A stretch of 58,472 nt of DNA from an uncultured Candidatus Saccharibacteria bacterium (GTDB taxonomy: Bacteria; Patescibacteriota; Dojkabacteria; SC72), in the NCBI GenBank assembly GCA_964405015.1, contig CAYOME010000002.1:7702-66173 (forward strand), read 5' to 3'. The notes beneath the pieces were generated by a model. The model was not told where the DNA came from. It ran no database searches and worked only from the letters and a program-made list of their open reading frames with translations. Made by a program: the position numbers and the translations under genes. The stretch's first letter is position 1, and every line of letters starts with the position of its first letter. Below are positions 8,931 through 19,120 of this stretch, piece after piece.

Positions 8931-9608
8931 ATGATCAAATTTGATTTAATAACAATTTTCCCAGAGTCTCTTAAAGCGTATATAGATAGCAGTATTGTAA
9001 AAAGGGCCCAAGAGAAGGGATTAGTAGAGATAAATGTACATAATCTAAGAGATTGGAGTAACAGTAAGCACAAAAGTGTTGATGATACTCCATATGGTGG
9101 GGGACCAGGTATGGTCTTCATGCTAGAACCTATATTTAATGTACTTAGAGATTTGAAAAAGGAAGATACAAAGGTTCTTCTTACTTCACCAAAAGGTAAA
9201 AAATTAACACAAGATACTTTGTACGAATTCTCAAAAGGCAATGATTCCCACTATATAGTTCTTTGTGGTCACTATGAAGGATTTGATCAAAGAGTGCATG
9301 ACTACCTTGTAGACTATGAATTCTCAATAGGGGACTATGTACTTTCTGGGGGAGAGTTACCAGCATTGGTATTAGTAGATGGTATTACTAGGTTAATACC
9401 TGGGGTTTTGGGTAATGAGGATTCTCTTGGCTCAGAATCTTTTACAGATGGTATTTTAGATTTCCCTCAATATACCAAACCTTCAGAGTTTAATGGATGG
9501 AAAGTACCAGAGGTTCTACTTTCTGGAAATCACAAAGAGATAGAGAATTGGAGAAAGGATATGTCTCAAAAAGATACAATATCTAAAAGACCAGACATGA
9601 GTAAATAG
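8931..9608 (+). CDS. trmD: tRNA (guanine37-N1)-methyltransferase
   Basis: 225 aa. FDLITIFPE, DDTPYGGGPGMV, CGHYEGFDQRV and SIGDYVLSGGELPA are TrmD hallmarks. Confidence 0.9.
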   Translation: MIKFDLITIFPESLKAYIDSSIVKRAQEKGLVEINVHNLRDWSNSKHKSVDDTPYGGGPGMVFMLEPIFNVLRDLKKEDTKVLLTSPKGKKLTQDTLYEFSKGNDSHYIVLCGHYEGFDQRVHDYLVDYEFSIGDYVLSGGELPALVLVDGITRLIPGVLGNEDSLGSESFTDGILDFPQYTKPSEFNGWKVPEVLLSGNHKEIENWRKDMSQKDTISKRPDMSK

Positions 9609-9618
9609 TTTGCCCTTG

Positions 9619-9633
9619 TTTAGATAATCTAAA
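9619..9633. promoter_or_regulatory. 15-nt perfect palindrome upstream of the second greA-like gene
   Basis: TTTAGATAATCTAAA. The half-site TTTAGATA recurs at 9659-9666, just before the start at 9678. Confidence 0.25.
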
Positions 9634-9677
9634 TATTCTACAATCATATTAGAAATACTTTAGATATTTTCCCTCAT

Positions 9678-10148
9678 ATGAAAAAGCAACATTACAAGAT
9701 AACTGAAGAAAAAAAGTTCGAACTAGTTAGAGAGCTAGAGGAATTAAAGAATCTCAAATTAAAGGAAATAGCAGATAGGCTAGAAGAGACAAGAAAAGAG
9801 GACTTAAGTGAAGATGATATTCAGTTAGGAGAAATATTGGAAGAGAAAGAGTCTGTTGAAAATAGAATTGATGAAATTAATGATATATTAGCTAATGCTG
9901 AAATACTAGTAGAAAAAGATTACTGTGAACCTTACCAAGTAAAATTAGGGTCCACAGTGAAATTAAAGCAGGGGGAAAGGGTATTCGATATTAAGTTAGT
10001 ATCTTCACTAGAGGCAGATCCTGAGAAGAACTATATCTCAAACAAGTCTCCTTTGGGGAGGGTATTGCTCAAATCTAAATCTGGAGATACAGTACACGTA
10101 AAGATTAGGGATAATGTTACAGAATACAACATCTTGGATGTTTGTTAG
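9678..10148 (+). CDS. GreA-family transcription factor, second paralog
   Basis: 156 aa with the same coiled-coil plus C-terminal domain layout (SPLGRVLLKSKSGD) and tip motif EDLSEDD. Confidence 0.75.
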   Translation: MKKQHYKITEEKKFELVRELEELKNLKLKEIADRLEETRKEDLSEDDIQLGEILEEKESVENRIDEINDILANAEILVEKDYCEPYQVKLGSTVKLKQGERVFDIKLVSSLEADPEKNYISNKSPLGRVLLKSKSGDTVHVKIRDNVTEYNILDVC

Positions 10149-10173
10149 AAATTCATGATTTCGAATGTAAAGA

Positions 10174-10206
10174 GGGGCATCCGTGGAGGGTCGGGTGCCC
10201 CTTTTT
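10174..10206. terminator. shared hairpin terminator between the convergent greA-like and glyQS genes
   Basis: GGGGCATCCG...CGGGTGCCCC stem (one G-U pair) followed by TTTTT. The glyQS stop is at 10208. Confidence 0.6.
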
Positions 10207-10207
10207 G

Positions 10208-11497
10208 CTATATTATGGAGTCTAAATCTTCGATATTTACCCTTCTTTGCTCCATAGTATCTCTATCTCTAATAGTTACTGTATTGTTTTCTAAAGTTTC
10301 ATAATCAATTGTAATACAGTATGGAGTACCTATTTCATCCTGATATCTGTATCTCTTACCAATATTTCCTCTATCATCCCAAACGACCTTGTGATCTTCT
10401 GAGAGTAGTTCAAATACCTCTCTTGCTTTCGAAGATATTTCTTCTTTGTTTCCAACTAATGGAAATATTGCAGCCTTGTATGCAGCAATCTCAGGATGAA
10501 TTTTGAGTACAGTTCTTACATTACCATTACCCAAATCCTCTTCCTCATATGCATCAAAAAGCAACATTAGCATAGTTCTATCTACACCACCTGATGTCTC
10601 CACTATCCATGGAATATATTTCTCTCCTGTTTTCGGATCTGTATATTTCAAATCTTTACCACTAAACTTACTATGTTGTGTAAGATCATAGTCACTTCTC
10701 CAGTGGATACCCTCATTCTCTGCCCATCCCCATGGAGAAAGATATTCAACATCAAATGCTTTCTTTGCATAGAAGATTAATTTCTCTTTTGGATGTTCAA
10801 AGAATCTAAGATTATCTTGCTTTCGGTAAAGCTTTTTGTAAAATTTCATTCTTTCCTCTTTCCAATATTCAAACCATTTTTCCATATCATCAGGATGTAC
10901 AAAAAATTGTAAATCCCACTGCTCAAACTCTCTTGTTCTAAATGTCAATTTGTTGGGAGTAACCTCGTTCCTAAAAGCTTTACCAATCTGAGCTATACCA
11001 AATGGAATTTGCTGTCTAGTAGAATCTACAACATTAAGAAAATTCAAATATATTGTTTGACATGCTTCACCTCTTAAATATGCTTCAGTCTTTTCTCCCT
11101 CAATTACACCAACCTCTGTCTTAAAAAGCATGTTGTATTTCCTAGAATCTGTGAATTCAGTACTACCACACTTAGGACATTTACCATCAATATCTTCAGG
11201 TCTAAATCTTTGATGACACTTTTTACATTCTACAACTTCATCAGCAAATCCACTGACATGGCCAGATGCTTCCCATACCTTGGGATGTGTAATTATAGTT
11301 CCATCTATACCCACAACATTCTCTCTTCTATCTACAATATTTTTCCACCAATATCTTTTTAAGTTATTCTTCATTTCTACTCCTACTGGACCGTAATCAT
11401 AGAAGCCTCCAATACCTCCGTATATTTCAGAATTAGGAAATATGATTCCTCTTCTTTTAGCTAAAGCTGTTACTTTTTGGAGTAGATCTTGTGACAT
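10208..11497 (-). CDS. glyQS: glycine--tRNA ligase (dimeric class II type)
   Basis: 429 aa with IYGGIGGFYDYGPVG, the zinc-ribbon insert CKKCHQRF..CPKCG, FRNE and GGVDR motifs. Confidence 0.9.
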   Translation of the reverse strand: MSQDLLQKVTALAKRRGIIFPNSEIYGGIGGFYDYGPVGVEMKNNLKRYWWKNIVDRRENVVGIDGTIITHPKVWEASGHVSGFADEVVECKKCHQRFRPEDIDGKCPKCGSTEFTDSRKYNMLFKTEVGVIEGEKTEAYLRGEACQTIYLNFLNVVDSTRQQIPFGIAQIGKAFRNEVTPNKLTFRTREFEQWDLQFFVHPDDMEKWFEYWKEERMKFYKKLYRKQDNLRFFEHPKEKLIFYAKKAFDVEYLSPWGWAENEGIHWRSDYDLTQHSKFSGKDLKYTDPKTGEKYIPWIVETSGGVDRTMLMLLFDAYEEEDLGNGNVRTVLKIHPEIAAYKAAIFPLVGNKEEISSKAREVFELLSEDHKVVWDDRGNIGKRYRYQDEIGTPYCITIDYETLENNTVTIRDRDTMEQRRVNIEDLDSII

Positions 11498-11576
11498 ATA
11501 TATTTTTATTGATTTAAACTATGAATTATACAATATTCTTTACCCATTAAGAAAATATCTGCTATATTATATGTAG

Positions 11577-12437
11577 ATGAAGAGAAGTGATATTACAAAA
11601 TTGGTTATATTTATTGATGTTCAATTAGCTATACTTTTAGGTTTAGTCTTTTATGACGGTATTTCAAACAAAATTGAACCATCCCAAAACTCAGAAGATG
11701 TCTTAGGTGCAGAGTATATTCCTGAAAATCAAGAATATACTGTTTCAGTATGTAATGTCGAAAATTGTGTATATCTTTCGAGTAATGATGTAATGAAGGA
11801 TGGTGCAGTGGACAAGAACTTAGTATATCAAGCAGTTTTAGAAAACGTATTCCCATACTTTGAAAATACGTATGGAGGGAAGGGGTACGCCTCAAACAGT
11901 GGCGGATCATTCGTATATTGGAAAGAGGATGTAAGACCTGATTTAACAAATGTCTTTGATGAGGTATATCGATCTTTTAAGTCTGGGTTAGATACCAATG
12001 TAGAGGTTTCATTAAAAGATATGGCAAGTACTGATGGGAAATATGCTGAGAAATATATTGAAGTAGACAACTCGAGACAAAAACTTTTTGTATGGAATGC
12101 CGGAGTAGTGGAAAAAGAGATACTGCTGTCTGGACCAAAAGATGGCTACGAGGTCTTTGGTGTGTTTCCAATAGTTGATAAAGGGTTGAATCCAAAAGCG
12201 CCTACAGGCGACTATATGCCTTACTGGATGGCATTTTACTATTCTTCAAGCCAAGATTCTTGGTATGGACTACACTCTCTGATATGGTGGTATGATGCAA
12301 ACGGTAGAGCGGTGTATGAGCCAGAAAGTAATATAGGGGTGAGAAGAAGTGGTGGCTGTATTCGAATGGTTGAAGAAGATGCTAAATATCTCTATGACAA
12401 CTTCCAAAAAGGAGACCTTATCCTCATCCACGAATAA
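11577..12437 (+). CDS. L,D-transpeptidase (YkuD domain), membrane anchored
   Basis: N-terminal TM helix. The C-terminal catalytic motif is GLHS...SGGCIRM. Confidence 0.8.
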   Translation: MKRSDITKLVIFIDVQLAILLGLVFYDGISNKIEPSQNSEDVLGAEYIPENQEYTVSVCNVENCVYLSSNDVMKDGAVDKNLVYQAVLENVFPYFENTYGGKGYASNSGGSFVYWKEDVRPDLTNVFDEVYRSFKSGLDTNVEVSLKDMASTDGKYAEKYIEVDNSRQKLFVWNAGVVEKEILLSGPKDGYEVFGVFPIVDKGLNPKAPTGDYMPYWMAFYYSSSQDSWYGLHSLIWWYDANGRAVYEPESNIGVRRSGGCIRMVEEDAKYLYDNFQKGDLILIHE

Positions 12438-12559
12438 AGCGTCGTTTGCAAATCTCATAGTCTTTGTTAATAATGGAAAATTCTTTTTTAAAAAGACTTT
12501 CTCTTTACCCAAGCTTATTGATATAATCTGCAGTATATATTAATTAATTCATTGCTATA

Positions 12560-14104
12560 ATGGAAGATGCCCAAAGAAGTGATCTCGTAGGTCAGAGGAA
12601 ATTAAGGTTAGAAAAGATTGAGCAGCTTAAGAAGTTGGGATTCAGTCCATATCCAGCAAAATCTAAAAAGACTAATACCATTGGTGAAGTAGTGAATCAA
12701 TACGAGCAATTTGAAGGCAAGACTGTAGTGCTAGCAGGAAGAATTAGAGCATGGAGAACCCATGGTAAACTTATTTTTCTTGATATAAGTGATCAGTTTG
12801 CAAATATTCAGGTGATGATAAAAAAGGATGCATTGGTTGGCAACGATGCAGATTCAACTCTTGATTGGGAAAAACTCGATTTGTTAGATCTATCAGATTT
12901 TGTTGAAAGCATGGGAACCATTGGAGTAAGTAAGAGAGGTGAAATTACGCTATTTTGCAACACTATAAGACTGTTAAGCAAAGCTTTGAGGCCGATTCCT
13001 AGAAAGCTAAATAGTAAGGAACAAATTTTCAGAAGAAGGTACTTGGATTTGATTATCAACGAAGATCGAATGAGAATGTTTGAAAGAAAAGCAGCTTTCT
13101 GGCAAGTACAAAGAGATTTCTTAAGGAACGAAGGCTTTATCGAAGTAGAAGTTCCAGTACTAGAACCTGTTACAGGAGGAGCAGATGCGAAACCTTTCAT
13201 TACACATCATAACTCTCTTGATCAAGATTTCTACCTTAGAATCTCTACAGAGTTGTATCAAAAAAGATTGATAGGTGCAGGATTTGAAAAAGTGTATACA
13301 TTAGGCCCAAATTTCAGAAACGAAGGAATGGATGATGAACATCTTCAGGAATACTACCAAATAGAATGGTATTGGGCATATGCAGATTATAAAGATAACA
13401 TGGATCTTGTAAGAAGACTCTTTCTTGAAATTGCACAAAAGGTATATGGAAGAACAAAGTTTACAACAAGAGGTCATACATTTGATTTAGCAGAGGAATG
13501 GAAAGAAATCGACTATACAACAGTCATAAAAGAAAGATTCGGAATAGATATATTTAAAGACTCGGATGAAAAGATCTTAGAAGTTGTAAAAGAAAACAAT
13601 ATTGAACTAGATGGAGATATTAACAGAAATAGATTAATCGACAATCTTTGGAAAGTAATAAGAGCAACAATATCAGGACCAGCATTCCTTGTAAACCAAC
13701 CGGTATTCATATCTCCTTTAGCAAAAGCACACGAAGACAAACCAGAAATAACAGAAAGATTCCAAGTAATAATAGCAGGAAGTGAATTAGGGAATGGATA
13801 CTCAGAAATCAATGATCCCGTAGATCAACTGAATAGATTCCTTGAACAACAAGAATTAAGAGATTCAGGAGATGAAGAAGCACAAATGCTAGATATTGAT
13901 TTTGTAGAAATGCTTGAATATGGTATGCCACCTACAAGTGGATATGGTCAAAGTGAAAGAATATTCTGGTTTTTGGAAGATGTAACTGGAAGAGAGGGTA
14001 CGTTCTTCCCACAAATGAGAGTAGAGATTGATTCCACGACTAGAAAGGTATATGGAGAAAGAGTTTCTAAATATCTAAAGCCAAGAAACAAGAAGAAAGC
14101 TTAA
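12560..14104 (+). CDS. lysS: lysine--tRNA ligase (class II)
   Basis: 514 aa with an OB-fold N-terminal domain, FRNEG, ELGNGYSE and GYGQSERI motifs. Confidence 0.9.
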   Translation: MEDAQRSDLVGQRKLRLEKIEQLKKLGFSPYPAKSKKTNTIGEVVNQYEQFEGKTVVLAGRIRAWRTHGKLIFLDISDQFANIQVMIKKDALVGNDADSTLDWEKLDLLDLSDFVESMGTIGVSKRGEITLFCNTIRLLSKALRPIPRKLNSKEQIFRRRYLDLIINEDRMRMFERKAAFWQVQRDFLRNEGFIEVEVPVLEPVTGGADAKPFITHHNSLDQDFYLRISTELYQKRLIGAGFEKVYTLGPNFRNEGMDDEHLQEYYQIEWYWAYADYKDNMDLVRRLFLEIAQKVYGRTKFTTRGHTFDLAEEWKEIDYTTVIKERFGIDIFKDSDEKILEVVKENNIELDGDINRNRLIDNLWKVIRATISGPAFLVNQPVFISPLAKAHEDKPEITERFQVIIAGSELGNGYSEINDPVDQLNRFLEQQELRDSGDEEAQMLDIDFVEMLEYGMPPTSGYGQSERIFWFLEDVTGREGTFFPQMRVEIDSTTRKVYGERVSKYLKPRNKKKA

Positions 14105-14143
14105 TCAATTTCTTGAATTAATATTCTCAATATTGTCCATAAC

Positions 14144-14512
14144 ATGGATTCAATAAAAGATATACTTAAAGAATTGAATACTCCGAAAGAGGAATCAAAG
14201 CCTCAAGGAGAGCTTTTTGATGTTGAAAAATATTCAAAGAAAAGAGTACTAATAAATGATAAACATAAGTATATATCAAAAGAATATCAATATTACGGAT
14301 TAAGATTAGCAGGAAAACTTGGAGATACTAAAAGAGTAACTATGTATATTAAATGGGCTAAAGATAAGCCTAGGGTTATCTTAGAACAAGCATTTAGCTT
14401 TGCGATAGACTATCCAAGTGCAAAAGATAGAAGCCGTATCTTTATGTGGAAGGTTAAGGAATTGGAAAAGGAATCTAAGATGAGGGATGATCAGAAAGAT
14501 ACTGGTGTATAG
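14144..14512 (+). CDS. hypothetical protein
   Basis: 122-aa ORF with no recognised family. Its 3' end overlaps the convergent DHH gene by 38 nt. Confidence 0.4.
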   Translation: MDSIKDILKELNTPKEESKPQGELFDVEKYSKKRVLINDKHKYISKEYQYYGLRLAGKLGDTKRVTMYIKWAKDKPRVILEQAFSFAIDYPSAKDRSRIFMWKVKELEKESKMRDDQKDTGV

Positions 14513-15524
14513 TAGTTAATACAATCTCAAGAGCTTTTTCTACATCAGAAGCTTCTACTCTAGCGGCAGATGAATATTCATGACCCCCTCCACCAAGTAA
14601 TAGAGCAATCTCACTTACTTTTTGATATCCTTTTGTACTTCTGAAAGATACTTGCCATATATTCTCTTTGTAATATGAAGGTTTAATAACAAAACCCCAG
14701 TGTATTCCATGTAAATGTCTCAATACCCTATCTCTAACATGCTGTTGTGCATTGTTTACTCCTGTTTTACTTAACTCCAACTCATCGATATCTTTCTTAG
14801 AGATATATGTATATGCCATATCATCTTCAGTATTAATATTTTTTAAAAATATTCTTAATGGCTCTATTGTATCTAGTGGAAACTTACTATTCTTGTAAGT
14901 AAAATCTTCTAAATCTAATGCATATACCTTTCTTAATTTACCAAACATCTCATATGTATCAGGGGTAGCATTCTCATAGAGGAATCTACCAGTATCAGAT
15001 ACAATCCCTATCTGTCCTAATTTAGAAATATCTTCGGTAATCTTAAATTTCCATTTTTCCATTTCAAAACAAAGATTTAGTACCTGTTCAGTTGCAGAAC
15101 TCATATTAAAGTTAATACTTAAATCTGCCACGATATCAACAGTATCATGATGATCAATACTAACAATCTTTGCATTAGAACTTTGTATGTCATCACTATG
15201 ATTAATACATATTTCTAACTTACTTGCATCTGTAAGTATTATTAATTCCTCATCCTCTCTCTCTATTCTCTCCACTACCGCTATCTCATGCATATGAGGG
15301 ATGTTTTGTGTAGGCATTTGTCTACTCTTAAAAACGACATTCTTTTTAGGATAGTAGGTATTAAGGAATTCTTTTAATATTAATGCACTACAGAAGGCAT
15401 CAAAGTCTGGTCCTTTGTGGGTTAATATGAGTATATTTTGAGATTTTTGTATTAGTTTTTTTAATTGTGCTGTTTCTTTTTTCACTAGAGTAAGTATACC
15501 AGATGTAGATATATTGAAAAACAT
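14475..15524 (-). CDS. DHH/DHHA1 phosphoesterase (NrnA-like oligoribonuclease/pAp phosphatase)
   Basis: Has ILILTHKGPDFDAFCSA, SIDHHD and C-terminal GGGGHEYSSAA (DHHA1). I moved the start to the ATG at 15524, because the longer track ORF adds a non-conserved hydrophobic extension. Confidence 0.75.
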   Translation of the reverse strand: MFFNISTSGILTLVKKETAQLKKLIQKSQNILILTHKGPDFDAFCSALILKEFLNTYYPKKNVVFKSRQMPTQNIPHMHEIAVVERIEREDEELIILTDASKLEICINHSDDIQSSNAKIVSIDHHDTVDIVADLSINFNMSSATEQVLNLCFEMEKWKFKITEDISKLGQIGIVSDTGRFLYENATPDTYEMFGKLRKVYALDLEDFTYKNSKFPLDTIEPLRIFLKNINTEDDMAYTYISKKDIDELELSKTGVNNAQQHVRDRVLRHLHGIHWGFVIKPSYYKENIWQVSFRSTKGYQKVSEIALLLGGGGHEYSSAARVEASDVEKALEIVLTTIHQYLSDHPSS

Positions 15525-15572
15525 TATAAATGAATGGTATATTGAGAGAGTAAATTGTATAGAGATATTGAA

Positions 15573-16277
15573 ATGGGAGACCCTATTGATTCTACAAATC
15601 AAACTGATCAACATCAAGGTTCAACAAGCTTCGATCAGAAGGAGCGAGCTGATCTTCTCTACTTTCGCGAATTTCTTCAAAGAAGCCAAGAAGTTTTTGC
15701 AGAATCTGAAAATGAGAGTGGAAATTTTTTGCATGATGTAGAAGCTGCTGGTATTATGATGAATTTAAATACTTTTTTTGAAGAAATTGGTAAACCAGAA
15801 TCAGAGATTAAACCAGGAGATATTGTTAGGGCTTGTCTTTCTGGGGAAACCGAAGAACATGAACCATATATTGCAATCCCTTACACCGGAATTGGTGTTA
15901 GAGGTTGGGTTACGTTCTTAAGAGACTCAAAAGGGTGTTTGAATATAAACTGTGTACCAGAATTTGCCATTAGAGGAGAAGAGGGTAGTAATGGAGTCGG
16001 GGCATATAACAGAATTATGAGAGCTATTTATGAAAGTAAAATCTTCTTTGGTGCAGTTTTTGGAAGGAATCTTTCTTCTGATTCTCATGAAATCCGTGAC
16101 TCGCATTCCAATATTGTGTCTACAGGGAATTTTGTTGAAGGGGTTAAACAATTACGTTTGGATCCGGAGTTCAATTTGATGAATGGAAAATATTCCAGGC
16201 CATCAAGATCTTCCCTTCTTAATCAAAGGAGAGAGGATATTCAAAATAGCATAGCAGTCGTTTCTTCTGGAAAATAG
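15573..16277 (+). CDS. hypothetical protein
   Basis: ORF with no recognised domain. I prefer the ATG at 15573 to the TTG at 15555. Confidence 0.4.
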   Translation: MGDPIDSTNQTDQHQGSTSFDQKERADLLYFREFLQRSQEVFAESENESGNFLHDVEAAGIMMNLNTFFEEIGKPESEIKPGDIVRACLSGETEEHEPYIAIPYTGIGVRGWVTFLRDSKGCLNINCVPEFAIRGEEGSNGVGAYNRIMRAIYESKIFFGAVFGRNLSSDSHEIRDSHSNIVSTGNFVEGVKQLRLDPEFNLMNGKYSRPSRSSLLNQRREDIQNSIAVVSSGK

Positions 16278-16432
16278 ATCTCCTTGCTAATTCACTTCTC
16301 CTAGTAATATAATACAATATGTATATACTAAGGATATTTTCTACTAACACAAACTCCTTTTCATCCGTCCACTAACGTGGACAAATTTCAATACTAAAAA
16401 CAATACAAAGATTAAATTAGAAAAATAAACAA

Positions 16433-17710
16433 ATGTTAGATATAAAACGAATAATAGAAGAAAAAGAAACAATAAAAGAAGCATTACTAAAAAGAGTATC
16501 ACCAGAAGAATTGAATTTGGATGAAATAGTAGAAATATATGAAAAAAGGAAAGAATTAGTAAAACAATTCGAAGAAAAAAGATCAGAACAAAACAGTTTT
16601 AACAATAAAATGGCTACCGTAGAAAAAGGATCTCCTGAATTCATGGAATTAGTTAAAGGATTAAAAGAACTAGCAAATACAGTTAAAGAATTAGAAGAAC
16701 AAGTAAGAGAAGTAGAAGAAGAGCTAAAGGAAAAGTTAGAAGTATTACCAAATTTGCCTGATGAAGATGTTTTAGCAGGAGGTAAAGAAAAAAATGAAGT
16801 TGTTAAAACAAATGGAGAGAAACCCGTATTCGATTTTGAGATAAAAGATCACGTACAATTAGGACAAGAATTAGGACTCTTTGATTTTGAAACAGCATCA
16901 AAGATGTCAGGATCGAATTTCTCTATGTACAGAGGATTAGGAGCAAGATTAGAATGGGCATTGATCAATTACTTCATAGATGCACATATTAAAGATGGAT
17001 ATGAGATGGTAATGCCTCCGCATATTGTAGGAGAAGAGTCTGGATATTGTGCAGGTCAACTTCCAAAGTTTAAAGATGATGTATATTGGTTAAAAGATGA
17101 AAATCAATTTTTAATACCTACTGCAGAAACTGTATTAACAAACATATACAGAGATGAAATGTTAAAGGAAGAAGATCTCCCTAAGAAATTCTTTGCATAT
17201 ACTCCATGTTACAGAAAAGAAGCAGGAACATATCGTGCAAATGAAAGAGGATTAATACGTGTACACCAATTTAACAAAGTAGAAATGTTCCAATTCACTA
17301 AAGATACTGATTCAGAAAAAGCATTGGAAGAAATGATTGGGAAAGCAGAAAGATTAGTAGAAGGATTAGGATTACATTACAGAACTACTAAATTAGCAGC
17401 TGGAGATTGTGCTGGAGGAGCATCTAAAACATTTGATGTAGAAGTATGGTTACCAGCAATAGGGCAATATTACGAGGTAAGTTCAATATCTAATGTTAGA
17501 GAATATCAGGCCAGAAGAGGGAATATTAGATACAAGAGTAAAGAAGACAACAAAACTAAGTATGTAAATACTTTAAATGGATCAGGATTAGCAACTAGTA
17601 GATTAATGGTAGCTATTGTTGAAACATATCAACAAAGTGATGGATCAATATTAGTACCAGACGTATTAAGAAAATATATTGGGGTAGATAAAATAGAGAA
17701 GGTGAAGTAA
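16433..17710 (+). CDS. serS: serine--tRNA ligase
   Basis: 425 aa with an N-terminal coiled-coil arm, LIPTAE, FRKEAG, QFNKVEMF and GSGLATSRL motifs. Confidence 0.9.
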   Translation: MLDIKRIIEEKETIKEALLKRVSPEELNLDEIVEIYEKRKELVKQFEEKRSEQNSFNNKMATVEKGSPEFMELVKGLKELANTVKELEEQVREVEEELKEKLEVLPNLPDEDVLAGGKEKNEVVKTNGEKPVFDFEIKDHVQLGQELGLFDFETASKMSGSNFSMYRGLGARLEWALINYFIDAHIKDGYEMVMPPHIVGEESGYCAGQLPKFKDDVYWLKDENQFLIPTAETVLTNIYRDEMLKEEDLPKKFFAYTPCYRKEAGTYRANERGLIRVHQFNKVEMFQFTKDTDSEKALEEMIGKAERLVEGLGLHYRTTKLAAGDCAGGASKTFDVEVWLPAIGQYYEVSSISNVREYQARRGNIRYKSKEDNKTKYVNTLNGSGLATSRLMVAIVETYQQSDGSILVPDVLRKYIGVDKIEKVK

Positions 17711-17711
17711 T

Positions 17712-18287
17712 ATGAACTTTTTTCTTGGGTTCTTTCCTGATGAAAAAGCTAATTACAAGATTCGTAAGGTAGTAGGAGAAGTAGGAAGAATATTCAATGA
17801 TTTTGATATACCCGTTAGATGGGTTAAACCAGAAACATACCATATATCTATATACATGATAGGGGAGGGGTTAAATCCCATTAGTAAAATCTTTCTTAAA
17901 AGGAAATTACAAAAGATATCCTTTAAACCATTTAATATATCCCTTGGTAAAGTAAAATTAGGAATATCTAGAAAATATCGAGAATTGGTATATATAGATA
18001 TTGTAGATGGAGGAGAAGAATTAAGAGAGATATTACATCAGTTAAGAGCAATATTAAAAGGCATAGATAACTCTACATTTGTACCACATCTTTCAATAGG
18101 GAGAGTAAGTAAAGACCTTTCTGAAGAAGAATACAGAAACTTAGTAAAAGATATACATAACATATCTAAAGATCTGGATATAGAGGATATATCATTTGAA
18201 GTAAAAGAAATGTATTTAGTAAAAAGTGAAGAAGGTAATTACTCTCTCCTTATGAAATTTGATGCTAAATCAAATATGCTTTCATAG
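17712..18287 (+). CDS. 2H phosphoesterase (LigT/ThpR-like RNA 2',3'-cyclic phosphodiesterase)
   Basis: Two HxS/T motifs (YHISIY and PHLSIGR) at the typical spacing. Starts 1 nt after the serS stop. Confidence 0.7.
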   Translation: MNFFLGFFPDEKANYKIRKVVGEVGRIFNDFDIPVRWVKPETYHISIYMIGEGLNPISKIFLKRKLQKISFKPFNISLGKVKLGISRKYRELVYIDIVDGGEELREILHQLRAILKGIDNSTFVPHLSIGRVSKDLSEEEYRNLVKDIHNISKDLDIEDISFEVKEMYLVKSEEGNYSLLMKFDAKSNMLS

Positions 18288-19120
18288 CTATTAACATATA
18301 TACAATTAGGATTTCTCTTAAACCATGTTCTTTGTCTCTTAGCATATCTAAGAGTGTTCCTTAATATCTCATTTTTAACTTCTTCTAAGGTACACTCTCC
18401 ATTAAAGTATTTTTCAAATTCTTTGTAGCCAATACTGTTTAATCCTTTGTCTTTGTAAGTATATCCCATACTTAGTAAATCTCTGTTCTCTTTTTCTAAA
18501 CCATTAGTAAACATATTATCTATTCTTTTCTCTATCCTTTCTCTAAGCACATCCTTAGGAATATCTATTACAAAATAAATATGATCCAATTCCTTCCCTT
18601 TATTTTTTTCTACTGAATTTCTTTGTATAGCCCTTATTAATCTATGCTTATTCTTCCTATCACTTTCATTCATAGAGTGTATAAGTTCTCCTGCTTTCTC
18701 TTGTAATTCGTTCAAAGAGAGATTAGAAAGATCTACTAAGTCATTGTTTTCTTTAAGATCATAGTTAAACACAATACTATCAATATACAATCCTGTACCT
18801 CCTACTAATATAGGAATACCTTTTTTACTGTTTAATATTTTTTGTACTTGTTGTTGATATTCAAAGAGAGAGAATTTCTCTTTAGGGTCTATGAAGTCAT
18901 AGAGGTAATGATTTATTCCAGATATCTCATATGTGCCTTCTTGGGTAATACGGTCTGCAATGGGCTTTGCAGTCCCTATACTAAGATGTTTATATACCTG
19001 TCTAGAATCTCCATTGATTATATATCCACCAATATCATTAGCTAGTTTTAATGCAAGATCAGATTTACCGGATCCAGTAGGTCCTGCAATTACAATTATC
19101 TTACCCTCATACTGAATCAT
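18239..19120 (-). CDS. miaA: tRNA dimethylallyltransferase
   Basis: P-loop IAGPTGSGKS, then GDSRQVY and GGTGLY motifs. The 3' end overlaps the convergent ligT-like gene by 49 nt. Confidence 0.9.
   Translation of the reverse strand: MIQYEGKIIVIAGPTGSGKSDLALKLANDIGGYIINGDSRQVYKHLSIGTAKPIADRITQEGTYEISGINHYLYDFIDPKEKFSLFEYQQQVQKILNSKKGIPILVGGTGLYIDSIVFNYDLKENNDLVDLSNLSLNELQEKAGELIHSMNESDRKNKHRLIRAIQRNSVEKNKGKELDHIYFVIDIPKDVLRERIEKRIDNMFTNGLEKENRDLLSMGYTYKDKGLNSIGYKEFEKYFNGECTLEEVKNEILRNTLRYAKRQRTWFKRNPNCIYVNSYESIFDLASNFIRRE

Noticed and set aside
15525-15617. N-terminal extension of the DHH phosphoesterase ORF (track start 15617).
   Set aside because: The extra 31 residues are hydrophobic, are not part of DHH family proteins, and run into the divergent neighbour. 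The ATG at 15524 gives a canonical N-terminus.
16278-16432. Possible T-box or other leader upstream of serS, and similarly upstream of lysS and glyQS.
   Set aside because: The leaders are short. I found no T-box sequence (AANNNGGGTGGNACCGCG-like), no specifier-loop architecture, and only a 6-bp hairpin.
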